DNA from: Amoebophrya sp. A120
Lineage: Eukaryota; Protista; Dinoflagellata
DNA length: 64,000 nucleotides
Assembly (NCBI GenBank): GCA_905178155.1
Contig: CAJINV010000002.1
Span: 5,870,476 to 5,934,475, forward strand
Direction of reading: 5' to 3'
Under the pieces are notes generated by a model. That model was not told the origin of the DNA. It did not search any database and worked only from the letters and a program-made list of their open reading frames with translations. Below are positions 12,201-24,336 of this stretch, one piece after another. Each line of letters opens with the position of its first letter. The stretch's first letter is position 1. Made by a program: the position numbers and the translations under genes.

Positions 12201-15200
12201 AGTATTTGCTGAAGACGCCCTCTTCCGAAATTTGGATCTGGCACTCCGTGACCGGACATCCCTCCGGATCGTCGCAGGTCCACCGCACCTTCGCTCCGTA
12301 CCCCTGCGTCCCCACGACTTCCAGATTGTAGCAGGGCTTGGGCGGTAAGGAGGTCGACGCCAACACCGATCTCGACCACGGGGACCGGCCACAGGCGTTC
12401 ATGGCCGCGAGGCGGAATGTGTAACGCTGCTCCGGCTGCAGGTCGTAGATCTGCAGCTTCCACAGCTGGGTCAACTTCGACTGGTTTTGCCCGCTACTGG
12501 ACGAGCCGCCTCGGGAGCCCCGTTTAGAAGAAGAAGAGGTGTTCTGGTTCAGGTCCCCGGACGTCGCGGAGGAGCCTCCACCTTTGGAGAAATCTTGCAG
12601 GAATTGCTTCTGCTTTTTCGTGAATTCCCGGGGGTAATTACCGTTACTTCCTTTGTTGTTCAACATGTCCTGACTGGAAGAAGTGGAGGAGCTGTTTGGC
12701 GTCACCACCTCGCCCAACGACTGCTGCTGGCTGTTGTTATCCAGCGACCCGGGGTTCACCTGCGTGATCGAATTGCCGTCTTGCTCGTACGCTTCGTCCA
12801 GGTTCAAATTGAGGTCCTTCTGCGGGTTGTTGTTCACCTGGACGTACTTCTGGACCGCGCATTTGGTCACCCGCTCCCACCCCGACCAGCCCGATTCCTG
12901 CTCCACTTGGATTTTCGTCACTTCCGCGCCGTCCGGCACGTTGGTGGTGCACAGAATGGACACGCTGGTCGGGGATTTCTCCACGACCGACAGATTCCAG
13001 GGTGCGAGGGCGACCGAACTGGTGAACACCGGGAAGACCGGGCTGTAGCCGATGCAGGACAGGTACGTCGCGTCGGGCACGGAAAATTTCGACTTCAGCG
13101 TCGGAATCAACTCCACGCGGGCGCGGTAGGTTTGCGAGGGTACGAGAGATTCCAGTTGCGTTTCGAAGCTGCCCGCCGACGTGCTGGCGTTCTCCTTCTC
13201 GTTCGAGAGGTCCGGCGTGAGCTCGAGCCGCTGCCACTTGTTGCCGCCCGCACCGTACTCGATTTTGCAACGCTGGACCTTCAGATTCTCCTGCTGTGCC
13301 TGGAACATACACCTGGGTGAATTTGGTTTTGTAGGAACAAAGCTAGCTTAAGCTTAAGCTTGCACTGAATAAAGCATGTAAATGTTGTATCACGGGAAGC
13401 AACACCGCCGAAGAAACTGCCAAGAATAAACTTGAATTTCCTGCTAGTTGCAGCTCAGCGACTACTAGGACGAGAGACAGCACGACATTCCATTTCCCTA
13501 CCTCAGCATCACGCTCGTCGCAGTGGGTTGCGCCACCAGGTTGATCCGGATTTGCCGATCGCCCTTGGACTGCCCTCTTGTCACGTGCATGGCTTTGACG
13601 AAGTTGATGAAGTTGTCGCTCATTCCCACCCCGCTGCTGGTTTGCTCCAAAAACGAGGACTGCTCCTCGGTTTTTGACCGCCCCGTGGCTGTCAGCGTCT
13701 CCTCCGCACTGGACACGTCTTCGTCCGTGCTGGTGCCCGGCTCATCCCGGCCTAAATGCACGGCGTCGGTCTTCGTCGGAATCTCCGTGTCATGGTAGTA
13801 AAACTCGCTCTGCCCCACGGCGTTGTACAACGACACCCGGAGTCGGACGGGCGTGCCCGCCAAGTCGCTGGACACGCTCAGCGTCGGCAGCCCGACCCGC
13901 CACACGTCCGCTTCGAGTTGCACGGTTTCCACCGGCTCGAGCTCGTCCCAGGAGGACAGAATCGGGCCGAAGTAGTTCGCCTTCTCCACCTTCACGCGCT
14001 CCACGGGGGCCCCTTCCGGGTCCAAAGTCTGCAGTTCGACCACCAGGTAGTTGGTTTTGTAGCCGTAGAAGGAGGACTCGTCCTGGGTCAAAGCTTTTAT
14101 CCTCCCCCGCGTGCTGGTCGCGATCTCGAAGGGCTGGCAGTACTCGCCCGCCCCGATGCAGTTCCGCGCGCGGACCCGGACCCAGTAGACGGATTCGGGC
14201 GTTAGTTGCGTCACGATCAACCGGTTGGATTTGATGATGATGTCCCGCCACTCGGGGTTCCACAGCTGCGACCAGTTGGGCGCCTCGGAAAACTGCGCCT
14301 GGTAGTCCTCGATGGGCGCCCCCTCGGGGTTCATTCCGTCCACGTCCCAGGACACGGACACCTTGGTGGGGAACCCCCACCACCGCTTGATTTTGGGCAT
14401 CTGCGGCTTCTCGCTGGGGTACGCCCAGGTCAAGTCGGAGGGTTCGCCGAATTTCTCGTAGTTCGACCGGTCCGGGATATCCTGGAGCGACTGCAGTTGT
14501 TGCCGCTATGCATGGCAAAAGCTGTATAATGGCACATCTGGACCATAATTCGCAGGGACAAGAAATTATACTCCCAGTGGAATCATGCAGGTTCGGGTAG
14601 AAAATGAAAAACGGATCCGTCATGCCAGACTGCGAGAAGTAGTTGCGATACACAGTACTTTTGCACGGGATAGCTGCTGCTGGGCGACGATCTCGTTGTT
14701 TTTCGAGTTCATCGCGGGCTGCAATTGCTTCGACGTGGAACTAGAACTTCCCCCTTGCTGGTTATTGCCCCGCAAGTTCCCTGGCGGAAAAGAGCTAGTT
14801 GTACCGCTACCACCTTGTTGCTGCTGGTTGGAAGAAGTGGATACTCCGTTCATCCCTTGCTGCGCTGCTATGGTCAGATTTTGCGGGTCAAAATTCTGCT
14901 TCCCCACCGGGCCTCCTGGGCCACCAGGAGCATTCCCGTTGCTCCCGGCCCCATCTGTTCGCGCCAAGGGGTTGAAGTTGGGCGGCACCGGGAGCGGACC
15001 CTGCGGCGCGTTGATGGAGTTTCCGGCCTTCGTGCCCTTTGCGAAGCTGACGGACTGGACCGCATTTGCATTTGCAGAGGAAGCACCCCCTCCGACCAAA
15101 GTATAGCCCTTTGGAGTGCCCGTGGCATTGATGTCCTGATTCTGTTGCATAATTTGCTGCTCGGCCGGGGTGAGGTTCTGGTGACCTCCATAATTCGACG

Positions 15201-15717
15201 CCGCGGCGGTGCTGTAGGGGTCCATCGCCATCGGTAGCTGCTCGGCGGGCTGCTGCGCTACACTAGCGGGCACCGCCAACTGTTGGCTCGCCGGGACCAC
15301 TGGCGGTGCGCCCGGTTTTCTGCGCATCATGCAGATCCGGATTTCCGCGGCGGCCCGCAGGTAAATCTTCATGGAATACTCGTCCCGCCGACGGTCAATG
15401 CACTTGAGTTCGCGACTGGCGATCTCCGCGAAGCCAAAAAACCCGCTCTGTTCGGCAATCACCGTGACCTGCTCCGCGATCACTTGGCTGGGCGACACGT
15501 GCTCCCGCGGGAGACGAAACCGCAACTTGACGCCGCCGGGAAAGGGCGTCTGCTTCAGGTCAAAAGCGTGCTTTTCGCGCCGAAAATGCACGGTGCCCTC
15601 CGACACCATGTTAAGCCGGTCCAGGGGGATCGGCGGCTGCTGCTGCTGCTGCTTCTTGGTGCCGGCCGACACCATGCTCTCAGAGGAGCTGGAAGACCGA
15701 ACGCCAGTGGACGACAT
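6221..15717 (-). CDS. Giant (~2,900 aa) fibronectin type III repeat protein, 5 exons
   Basis: FN3 motifs LTPESVYWVRVRARNCIGAGEY, LVPSQTYRARVEL, LQPEQRYTFRLAAMNACGRSPWS, LLPNRSYLFRVAPKNAVGLGP, LPPGLYVISIRGFNCAGWGE. ORFs 14620-15717, 13498-14433, 11521-13308, 8865-12056 and 6221-8680 join through introns at 14507-14672(+5), 13313-13501, 11949-12063 and 8772-8956(+5). Confidence 0.85.
8772..8956. mobile_element. Decayed introner, 'TATCCTGTGCAAAAG / TATGCATTGC' family
   Basis: Ends tatcctgtgcaaaagttct and agaactttttgcagcaatgcata; imperfect TSD CGTGT/TGTAT; element+5 joins IMEY to DASNIIRAN, element+3 does not. Confidence 0.75.
11949..12063 (-). other. Canonical GT-AG intron
   Basis: gcg|gtacga...ttttctcgctctcag|gtc; joins QCAA to VFKTAP. 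Confidence 0.85.
13313..13501 (-). other. Canonical GT-AG intron
   Basis: ag|gtaggg...cacccag|g; joins SVMLR to CMFQAQ. Confidence 0.85.
14507..14672. mobile_element. Decayed introner, same family as 8772-8956, opposite orientation
   Basis: Ends tatgcatggcaaaag and cttttgcacgggata; TSD GCCGC/GCTGC (4/5); element+5 joins IVAQQQ to QQLQSLQDIPDRSNYEKF. Confidence 0.8.
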
Positions 15718-17360
15718 AATGTTATTTCTTGCCGCAAGTTGTATTACAGGAATACTCCTTTTGGCAGCTGCTTTCTAGAAGAAAGCTTTTGCTTCCACCT
15801 TCGCGGCCAAAAGCTCTGCAGCCTCCAAGAACAACGCGGATTCACTTCATCATTATCAAAGAACCACTGGTGGCACAGAGGCGATGCACATGATCTTCAA
15901 GTGCATTTCCGGCCTCATCTGGGTGGGTACCAAGTGGAGAGTTCAAAAGCGCAATCGGAAAAAAACACTTCAGCGGCCCCGCCTACAATGGAATAAAAAT
16001 TTTTGTTGAAGATATCATACCATGTAAGTAGGCAGATGAACTGGGATAGGAGCTTTCTCTGCGTCACTTCTTGTCTCCACACTCACTCTCCGTGTAGTAC
16101 TTACTATGCAGGTTTCCATGATGAACTCAAATTAAGATTTCCTCACCCGACGTCAAACATTCGGTTTTGCGTGCTCTGCGCAGAATGCTTTACAGGACGG
16201 AGCGCGACGTTAGTAGATGGCATTGTGGCGGAAGCTGACATGGTCATATAAGTACTGAATGGTTGGGATTCGATTTGAGAAATGCTTGAAAAATTAAAAA
16301 AGCAGGGTCTTTGCGTTTATCACAGGAGGACAATGTCAAAAGGAGGGCAATCCGTATGGTAAAACAAGCCTTGTTTGGTGCTTCTTTGTTGTCGGTTTTG
16401 CACGACGATTGTGTTCACTCAGTACTACATTCGTCTCCATCTCCTCCTGCTCTTTGTAACCTCATGCAGTACACACTCATCTCCACAGTTAGGAATGTAG
16501 GAGGGAAAAGCGACTACAGGAGCGGTAGCGAAAGAGGAAAATGAAAACAAATATATGAAAATGAGGGTACTCGATACTCTAGATCAAACAAACTACAGGC
16601 AGCGAAAATTCGAAACAAATGATGCCACATCTATCAGGGGACTCTGTCAGTTTCGCATTAGAGGAAAATGCGATGATGCTACGCAAATGAGTTCGTGGCA
16701 CCGTGAATGAGTCGACGATGAAGAGTTCAACTTTTGCCCAGCCTGATGGTGGCACAGAACCTGCGTCTAGATACATAGCGAGCCAACGTGTAGGTTGACA
16801 GACAAATCTCGGACGACAAGGAGCTTGTCGAGTTACATTTTTTTTTGCAATGTCCGTTTTTTCTTGAAATACCTACATGCGAAGATAAGAATTCGTGAAC
16901 ATCAACGACCATCATGGGTGGATGCGAATCCAATCGCTTTTTTTGCAACGTCTTCGTCGAAAACATACGGTAATTTTGATTCCGCCTCTACAGCCTCAAA
17001 TGGCTGCATAATTGGGAAAGGTATGATCGCGTTTCGAGAGCGACGTCGCAAACTAACAATGCGCGTGCGTGCATGTCGATGGGGTAAAACACCATTTGCA
17101 TTTTTCACTTGCCGTACATCAGCATCCTCTTCACCTAACCTGCAGGAAAGACGGCTTCTCACATACACGTAGGTGGCTCCGAAATTGAAGAGGAGCGCCT
17201 CTATACGAGGCGTTTCACTTGCAGAGAAAGGAAGCAGGAGCAACTGCCTCTCAGCGTCAACGCTGGCGTCAGCGGTATTGTCGCTAATATGACGACGAGG
17301 ACGACGGATCATGTAAGTGTAGTAGCTGAGCAATCATCAATCCAGCACGCCAAGCATCTT

Positions 17361-20300
17361 CTACAGCTCCGCCCTTGTTCTCATCTCCTCGTCCTCTTCA
17401 TGGCGGTGCAGATTCTGTAATTTTCCGCTTTCTTCACTTCCTGTTCTTGTTACCAGGTCGGCTCTTGTGAAAACTTTTTCGTTTCCAACCGAATATCCTA
17501 GATCGTCATACCCTTGCACAACTATCGCTTCTAGGAACCCCTGTTCCAACGAAGACAAGTCCGTCGATTTTAGGTGATAGACGAAAAAATTCCTACCCCT
17601 ATTCTCCGTCTTTCGCCACCTTTCGTGATACTCCAGCCGGTGTCGTCTGTTGTTGTCGAAAAAAAGCCTTCGCTTCCCGTCCTCGGAATACCGGTAGCGC
17701 AGTTCGATTGCGCCCAGGATAGGATGACTTTCTTCACCCGCGGTGGTGTCGCTGGTTACTGTTCGGAGTTCAGCTCGCTGTGACGAAAAATCTTGTGTGG
17801 CCTTTCGCAACGTGAATGTGAGGGTCAGATACTGATCCGATTCATCGATCTTGTCGCTCAGTTTATCCGTCGCGACGACTGGTTCAGCAGAGGTAGTAGA
17901 TTTGTTTTGGCCATCGCTCGAAGGAACTTCATCCATTACCCTGTCCAAGACAATCTCGTACGCAGGAACTTCTGCTGTCTTCTCGTCCGAGGTTCTTTTT
18001 TCTCTTGTTCTGTCTGCCGGTACCGCTAGTCTCAGGCCTTCGTAGCTCTCTGTCAACAAAGTTCCCGGCTGCACGTCCCCCATGTCCGCAAACAAATTTA
18101 CGACCGCTTGCTGCAAATTTCGCTCACCCGTCACGCCGGCTGCCAAATCGCGGCTCACCCGCGTGCTCTGCTCATTCTCCCAGCCCCGGGTGCCGGTAAC
18201 GCGGTCGTGAAAACTGTCCAGGGCCCAGGAGTACTGACACGTACCCGCGGCGAATATGAGGGATGAAGTTGAGGGTGGGGGCGATGAGGAATTTCTAGCT
18301 CCGTGGTCCATTGCAGTATCGTTCCACGCCCTGTGTTGCTTTCTGTGCAGCGTCATGGTGTGCGTGAGGGTGGTCGAGTCTAAAATGCCACCGTAGTCCA
18401 GCAAAGTGTGAACATTGTGGATTTTGGTTTCGGATAAGTACACTAACCCGGGAGGCCGGTGGCCGTTGTCGACGTCTACATCCCACTCGTGGCCCAGAAT
18501 CCCCTTCAAAGGAACGGTGGCTATCAGACCAGCGGGGTTGCTTCTCCTTCTTGCATCGGAGGAGCTGCTCGCTGATTTATCAAGTTTCTTTGAAGGTGCG
18601 GAACTAGAAACAATGGCTCCTTCCCGCTTATCAAACTTCATCGCAAGCTCCGCGATTTCGGTCCCTCGCCAGAACGCATGCAGCCCAAATTTCTCCACCG
18701 GTACCTCGAGGGGGTCGTTGCGCAGCGCGTTCGCAGCCGTCGACAGGCCAGTTAGCGCGTTTTCCGGATACGGCCCATCTGGCTGGCGTGGATCGCGAAA
18801 CGAACCTGTCCAGGGCTTTGTTGCTTTAGAAGTTGTAGAGCTAGTAGTTGGCGATGGCGACTTTGTGCTGGAGGCTGCGGTATTCTTAATATGGTCGTCG
18901 CTTGCATCCACCTCTCGTTTCGCTGCATCAGAGGCCGATGAAAATTTTAGCGACGCAAACTCCTCCTTGGACATCTGGGATTCTTTCTCGATGACCAAAA
19001 TATCCAGATCGTCGTCGCCGTCGTCTTCCCCCGCCGTGCTGTGGATCGGTTCAGCCTCTCTACCAGCTTGATCGTAGGAATTTCTAGGCATGCTTTTGTA
19101 GTACTTCGAGCTCTTTTCCCACGCGTGAGTCCAGAAAACGTTGTTGCCGCTGAAAAAACCCAGGTGCCAGACGACGTTCTTCTTGTTTTGATGTCGAACA
19201 GTGTCATTTGTATTTTGGCCTTTGCCCCTAGAACTAGATTCATCACTTGTATTATCACGGACTTGAGCTGTAGTTTCTTGGACTCCCGCCGTCAACCGTT
19301 CCACGGTTTGTCTCTGCTGCCTACTCCAGTACTCGTCGTGTCCGACAGACAGGAAGATTTTTCCCACGGTAGGCAAGGCACGTCCGGTTGTTACAACTGA
19401 TTTTGCATTGCCTTTATCAACATAGTCATCTTCCCCGTTGTGAGTGTGATCGCCTTGTTCGCCGCGCGAGGTGGATGGCATCCTCCCGGCCGCTGCAAAT
19501 CGCCCAAACCCGCGGCCGCCCAGGTGCGTATCCAGGCCGGACACGTAGGTGACCGCGTACCCCTGGGCCTCGAGAAACCGGATCATGGGGTATTCTGAGG
19601 AGAATACGGAGTTGTAGAGGGACACGTCTCTGGTGATCAGTGGCGTGTTGTAGGACTTCCGCAGCGCGCGGTAGTCGTGCGCGGTCAGCTCCAGCGGGTT
19701 TTTCTTCGTGCCGGAGGTCAGTATGCTAGAAGAAGATGCAGAGGGAGAAGCAGTTGATGTCAAGGTTCCACTTCCACCAGCAGAAGGGCTGTTGTTGACA
19801 GGAGAAGATGATCGCTGCTGACTTTCCTTGTCCGACATTTTGATGTCGTCGCCGAACGGGGATTTGGCGTACCCGAGAAAATATGCTGAAGATGCGCAAA
19901 AATATCGCACTCGCAGAGCCTGAAACCTTGCATGACAGACACAAAGCCTTACCTCATCAAGCAGGATTACAAACTTTACACTGACTTTTTTATCATTTTG
20001 AGGTCATGCCGCGATGTTCATTCATCACTACAGCACGAGATACGACATTTTTTTGCGAAGATTCATAAAAAGTCGTCCGGCGTCTTCCACCAGGTGGTAA
20101 AATTGTGGTGGGGACAGTTGAACTGCGGCGTGCGGCCGTAGGTATTGGGACTATCGTATACGTTATACGCCAGCCAGGTGGTATCACTCGTCTGAAATAC
20201 GAGATCGTAGAGCTCGTGGCTATCGTCCTCGTCCGCCGTGCGGACGACGAAATACGCCAGACTCGCGTACGGCTCGTGTAAAGCGGTCTCTAGCAGGCTT

Positions 20301-22029
20301 GGCGTTGTCGGGGGAAGATAAAGATTCTTCGCACTTCTGGAAAAATTGCCGTCCTCTTCAGAGGCTGATGCGCTGGCATCGTCAACATCTCTTCTTTGCA
20401 ACTTTTTCCTATAATCCCGCATCAACTGCAACCCGAGGGCGTGGTCGGTTAGAACGTTGTCAGAAGCAAATGTAGCACTGTCGTTTGCTTCCTCGTCATC
20501 CTCTGCTAGATGTGCATCTTTAGCAAGACCTACAATCTTTTCCGCGGGAAGATCCTTCGTCTTTCCGACCACTTTCCGCAGGTCAAAGTCCACGTTTCCG
20601 TACAAGCCGTTCGCATTTTTCAGACTCGCGTCTGTCCGCCAGGTCGTTGTCCACGGCATAGATTCCGCATCTTCCCGGACGAACCGAGCAATGTAGACAC
20701 CGGAGACGATGTTTGGTAGCGTTGTTGCGGCGGCTTTTGGTCCTTTCCCAGAGCGGTCTGCGTCCTGCCCCTTGAGTTGTGCGGAAGAGGATCTTTTTAC
20801 CTCCTGCGTGGTCTTCGTTTTGCTTGTTCCAACCGGGATGTCCCATTTCGCATTTACGTGCCAGTTCCTGCAGTCCACGAGGCGTGTCGGTTTGTGGCGC
20901 ACAGCACAGTCCGGTTGGTTGTACTCGCTGTGGACTGTCTTGGGAGATCTTGCCTTTTTCTTTCCTGCGTCTTCATCCTGTAACCCAGAACTGGGCGCAA
21001 CTTTGTCCTCTGCATTCGTCTCGGAAGATTTGTCTTGGTCGGTGTCTTTCCCACTCGCGTTTCTGTCCGATGCAAGCAACCCGGATTCCGACACCTCGTC
21101 AGCTGGGATGGAGTGCACCAATCTCGCACCTTTGCCGCCGTAAAATCCGAGTCGGTAGATGTCGACGCGGTATTTCTTGGAAATGGTGCGAACCCGGAAC
21201 TCGACGGTGGTGCCAGGCGGGGAATGGAACCGAACAAATTCACAGTCTTCTTTGTCACTTTAGTATGCTGAGTTCGAGGCTCATCACGTAAACCGTGGTG
21301 AAAAGAGCCCTTGAAGGCTTCACAGCAACCAGGTTCTACGTACCGTTGGACGAGGAAACCACAGAGAACTGCATCTGAGTTTACTATTTCTACACATCCG
21401 CGTTGTACGTAGGGACTGCGCATCGACTTCATACATACGATCTTCGGAGAACATAGGCGTGACAGGAGCAGGACTGTGGATTTGTTTTGCGTGCCATACT
21501 GCACCGAAAATGGCCGCGCGAAACCTTGGATAAAGGGATCTCCCGCCGCATTAACGTCCCAGTGGCGGGAGTCCCGGGCGCCGTCTCGGTAGTGCAGGTT
21601 GCAGTTCTCCTCCACTATTGGGTTTCTTCTTGTAAGTCGGCTGCGTGGAGGCCACGGTTGGCCAGGGGCGGCCGGATTCACGACTTTCGCTGCTTCGTCG
21701 GAGTTTTCTTCGCCGCCGCTTCCCAAACCGTCATCGCTCGCTTTGTCATGATGCTGTGCAGCATCATGATCGTCGAGTCGCTCTTCTTCATCCACTGACG
21801 CGTTGTAGTAATCCTTACACTTCTGCCTGGATTCGATCCAAACCCGGTCTTCCTGGTTGGTGTGATGGGTGAGAAGGGCAGCTTTTGCAGGGTCGATGCT
21901 ACATGGAAACAGGAAAACAAAAACAACAACGACGGAAAGGCAATGTTTCAGAAAACATCGTTTTGTCGACATTGAGGAGAGAAAACGGAACATACTCAAT
22001 GTCAATGTGAAGCGTAAAAGGTTCGACAT
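17361..22029 (-). CDS. N,N-dimethylformamidase beta-subunit-like (DUF6605-like) protein with N-terminal hydrophobic/signal segment, 3 exons
   Basis: Colinear family motifs: WDVNAAGDPFIQGFA, YRVDIYRLGFYGGKGAR, VDCRNW, SGVYIAR, LVFQTSDTTWLAYN, SEYPMIRFLEAQGYAVTY, FLSVGHDEYWS, FFSGNNVFW, TGSFRDPR, PENALTG, LGHEWDVDVDNGHRPPGL, IFAAGTCQYSWALD, QQAVVNLFADMG. Introns ~21216-21496 and 19882-20067(+5). Family recognised from memory, not by search. Confidence 0.85.
19882..20067. mobile_element. Decayed introner
   Basis: TATG...CATA ends with partial IR (cgcaaaaatatcgcactcg / cgagatacgacatttttttgcg); A-rich flanks; a 191-nt excision joins TPDDF to LGYAK. Confidence 0.7.
21216..21496 (-). other. Non-canonical intron with 6-bp direct repeat and sub-terminal inverted repeat
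   Basis: GTGCCA at 21210-21215 and 21491-21496; internal IR aacaaattcacagtc / gactgtggatttgtt; a 281-nt excision joins FSVQYG to TTVEFRVRT...YRVDIYRLG as homology requires. Confidence 0.8.
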
Positions 22030-23536
22030 TTACACATACCCTTAGAATTATTAGAAAGCAAATTTCCACTCGAAAGCATCAGCATACAGGAACAACGTTC
22101 TCATGAGAAATGCAACACAACACTAATACACAATATAGAAGTGAAGATGGGGACTGCATCAACCGATCATGGAGGTGTAATGTTGATTTGGAGATGAAGT
22201 TATACCGGATTTTTGGGGGGTAGGGGGAGCATGAGACCCATACAAGAGCCGACTGTCGACGAATGAATTCCGAGGAGCGTAAACCGCAACAAGTCACAAA
22301 ACCTTGATTAGACACAGGAAGCACCACTTTCAGGCTTCATCGTTCGGCAAGGAACAGAATGCAAGCGACTTATTCCATCCGCTTGTGCTTACAAGCTCTC
22401 GAACAAAAATGCTGCAAGGCGGATTGGATAATTTGTAACCAAGATGAAAGGCACCACCACCTCCACCTTGGATGCAACGGCCTCCGAGATTTCTGAACCG
22501 AACACAGAGAGAGAGTAGATGAAAGTTGATCATCTACGCGCATATTTCTTGCTCTTCTCTAATTTAACTTTATGCGTTTACAAATTCCGGAGACGCTTTG
22601 CACTCACTCAAGCAAACGAAAAAATGCACGACAGCAACGCACTGATATCGTTCTTGTTAGTAGTTCTCTCACATCGAAGAGCTTCTTGCTCTAGTCGAGG
22701 ACTTTTTTGTGGTAGCGGCTGCTTACTTATCCATTACCTGAAGGGAAAAAAACTCGGAAAATGTGCTGCGTTTGTGTCAGCAAAAAAGTGCGCCCATACC
22801 ATCGTGATGATGTCAAAAGCGCGCCCTTCGTTCTTATCTGTATTGCACTGCGGCAAGAATGTGCAGAAAGTCCACGGGGGATCTTGTTCGCTTTCTTCGT
22901 TTTTCCATCTTCAAAATTTCGCGGCAAGGTCATAGAGGCAAGCTTTCTTTTCTATGACGATCACCAGTAAACACTTTCTAGCATCACTTCGCCCTTCTCT
23001 AGCTCCTCGCAGACATCACTGTCCCAAGACACCGAGGCGTTCTGGTTTTAATTTACAATAAAAGTTGCTGGGTTTTAATTTTATCAACATGTAACTCCGA
23101 GAGCAGGAGAGGGGGTCGTACTTGCGTGCTTAAACGATACTTGTATATTGTGCTATTCTATTCATACACATTTTTCAACACGAGGGCGAAAATCGATTTC
23201 ATGTTTCTCAATATTAATACGAACCACGCCTGCATTGGTATCGCTTCTTATCCTTTGAATACAAGGTGGATCTTCGTTCGCAATTATCGATAAAAAGTCA
23301 ACACTTTTTTTAAGCGCCAATGTGTAGTCGATTCTTGTATACAGTGAGTATCTATTATTTCTATAAAGTGGCGTCTCTGAAGATCGGTGTAGTTGCACCA
23401 AGTAGTAAGTACTAGAATAGGTGCCGCAATGTAATTGGAGCCGCTGGATCGATTGTGTTCGCTAACAGTTTGCTCTGAAGTTGCAATTTCGTCGTGTTCA
23501 TTCATTCACTCATTAGTTGTAGAAGTGGGCAGCCAC

Positions 23537-24336
23537 CTACGCCTGTTGTTGGTTGATGTAGAAGTCGGTACGATCGGGATCGCAGTAGCTCCTGCTTGTG
23601 CTGCTTGTTCTTGTTACAACTGGACGAGCCGTCGTCCAGGTCGCACCGGGCCCAGTGGCTGCGCGCCGCTCCAATATCGGCTCATTTGCTCGGCGGTTCA
23701 TGGGGGTTGGGGTGTGCGTCCGGGTTGTCGTGTAGTTTGTCGATTGGATTGTGAAGATTGTCCCCGAGCTGTAGTACTTTGCAGAGGCATGATCGAAAAT
23801 CCCTCACTCAACTATTCCAGTAGCAACATGTGGAAGTAGTACGCTCATCAGTTACTTTTTTAAGAGCTTGACGCAAGAAGAGGCAGGTGAAGTCAGACTT
23901 GCTAGATTTATTGTTTGACTTTGAAAATGATGAAGGTCATACCAGCATCGTATGCCGCTCGCCGCTGCGGATCGCTTAAGGTTTCGTACGCGTCTTGTAG
24001 TTCCTGGAAAGCTGCAGAATCACCTTGACCTTCATTCCCCTGCTTGTCCGGGTGCAGCTGCAGTGCTTTCTGTCTGTAGGCAGCTTTTATTTCGGCGGCA
24101 TTCGCATTGGGTGTGACGCCAAGGACTTCATAAGGAGACCGCCCGCTCTGCAAGAGGAAGGCCGACGGAGAAGGTGAAGACATGGTGTGGGTTTCGGTTT
24201 CTTGTCCTTCTTCATTTTCCGGCGAAAAAAAACCCGCGTCCTCGGTCGCGTCCACAGATGTAGTTCCCGCGTAATCCAAATCCACGGACTTGTGTTCCAT
24301 CTTCTCCTCCTGATGCTGGTCCATCTGATATGACAT
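23537..24336 (-). CDS. DnaJ (Hsp40 J-domain) protein; exon limits tentative
   Basis: SPYEVLGV...[18 protein letters not shown]...[21 protein letters not shown] with HPD motif. Probable GT-AG intron 23803-23942 leads to a last exon ending at 23537; an extra 5' exon is possible. Confidence 0.8.

Noticed and set aside
15910-15925. 16-bp inverted match to 58371-58386 (CACCCAGATGAGGCCG), both upstream of genes
   Set aside because: About one 16-mer match is expected by chance in 64 kb, and orientations relative to the genes are opposite.
16902-17333. 143-aa minus-strand ORF downstream of the DMFase-like gene
   Set aside because: No ATG-based start or domain support; likely UTR or intergenic.
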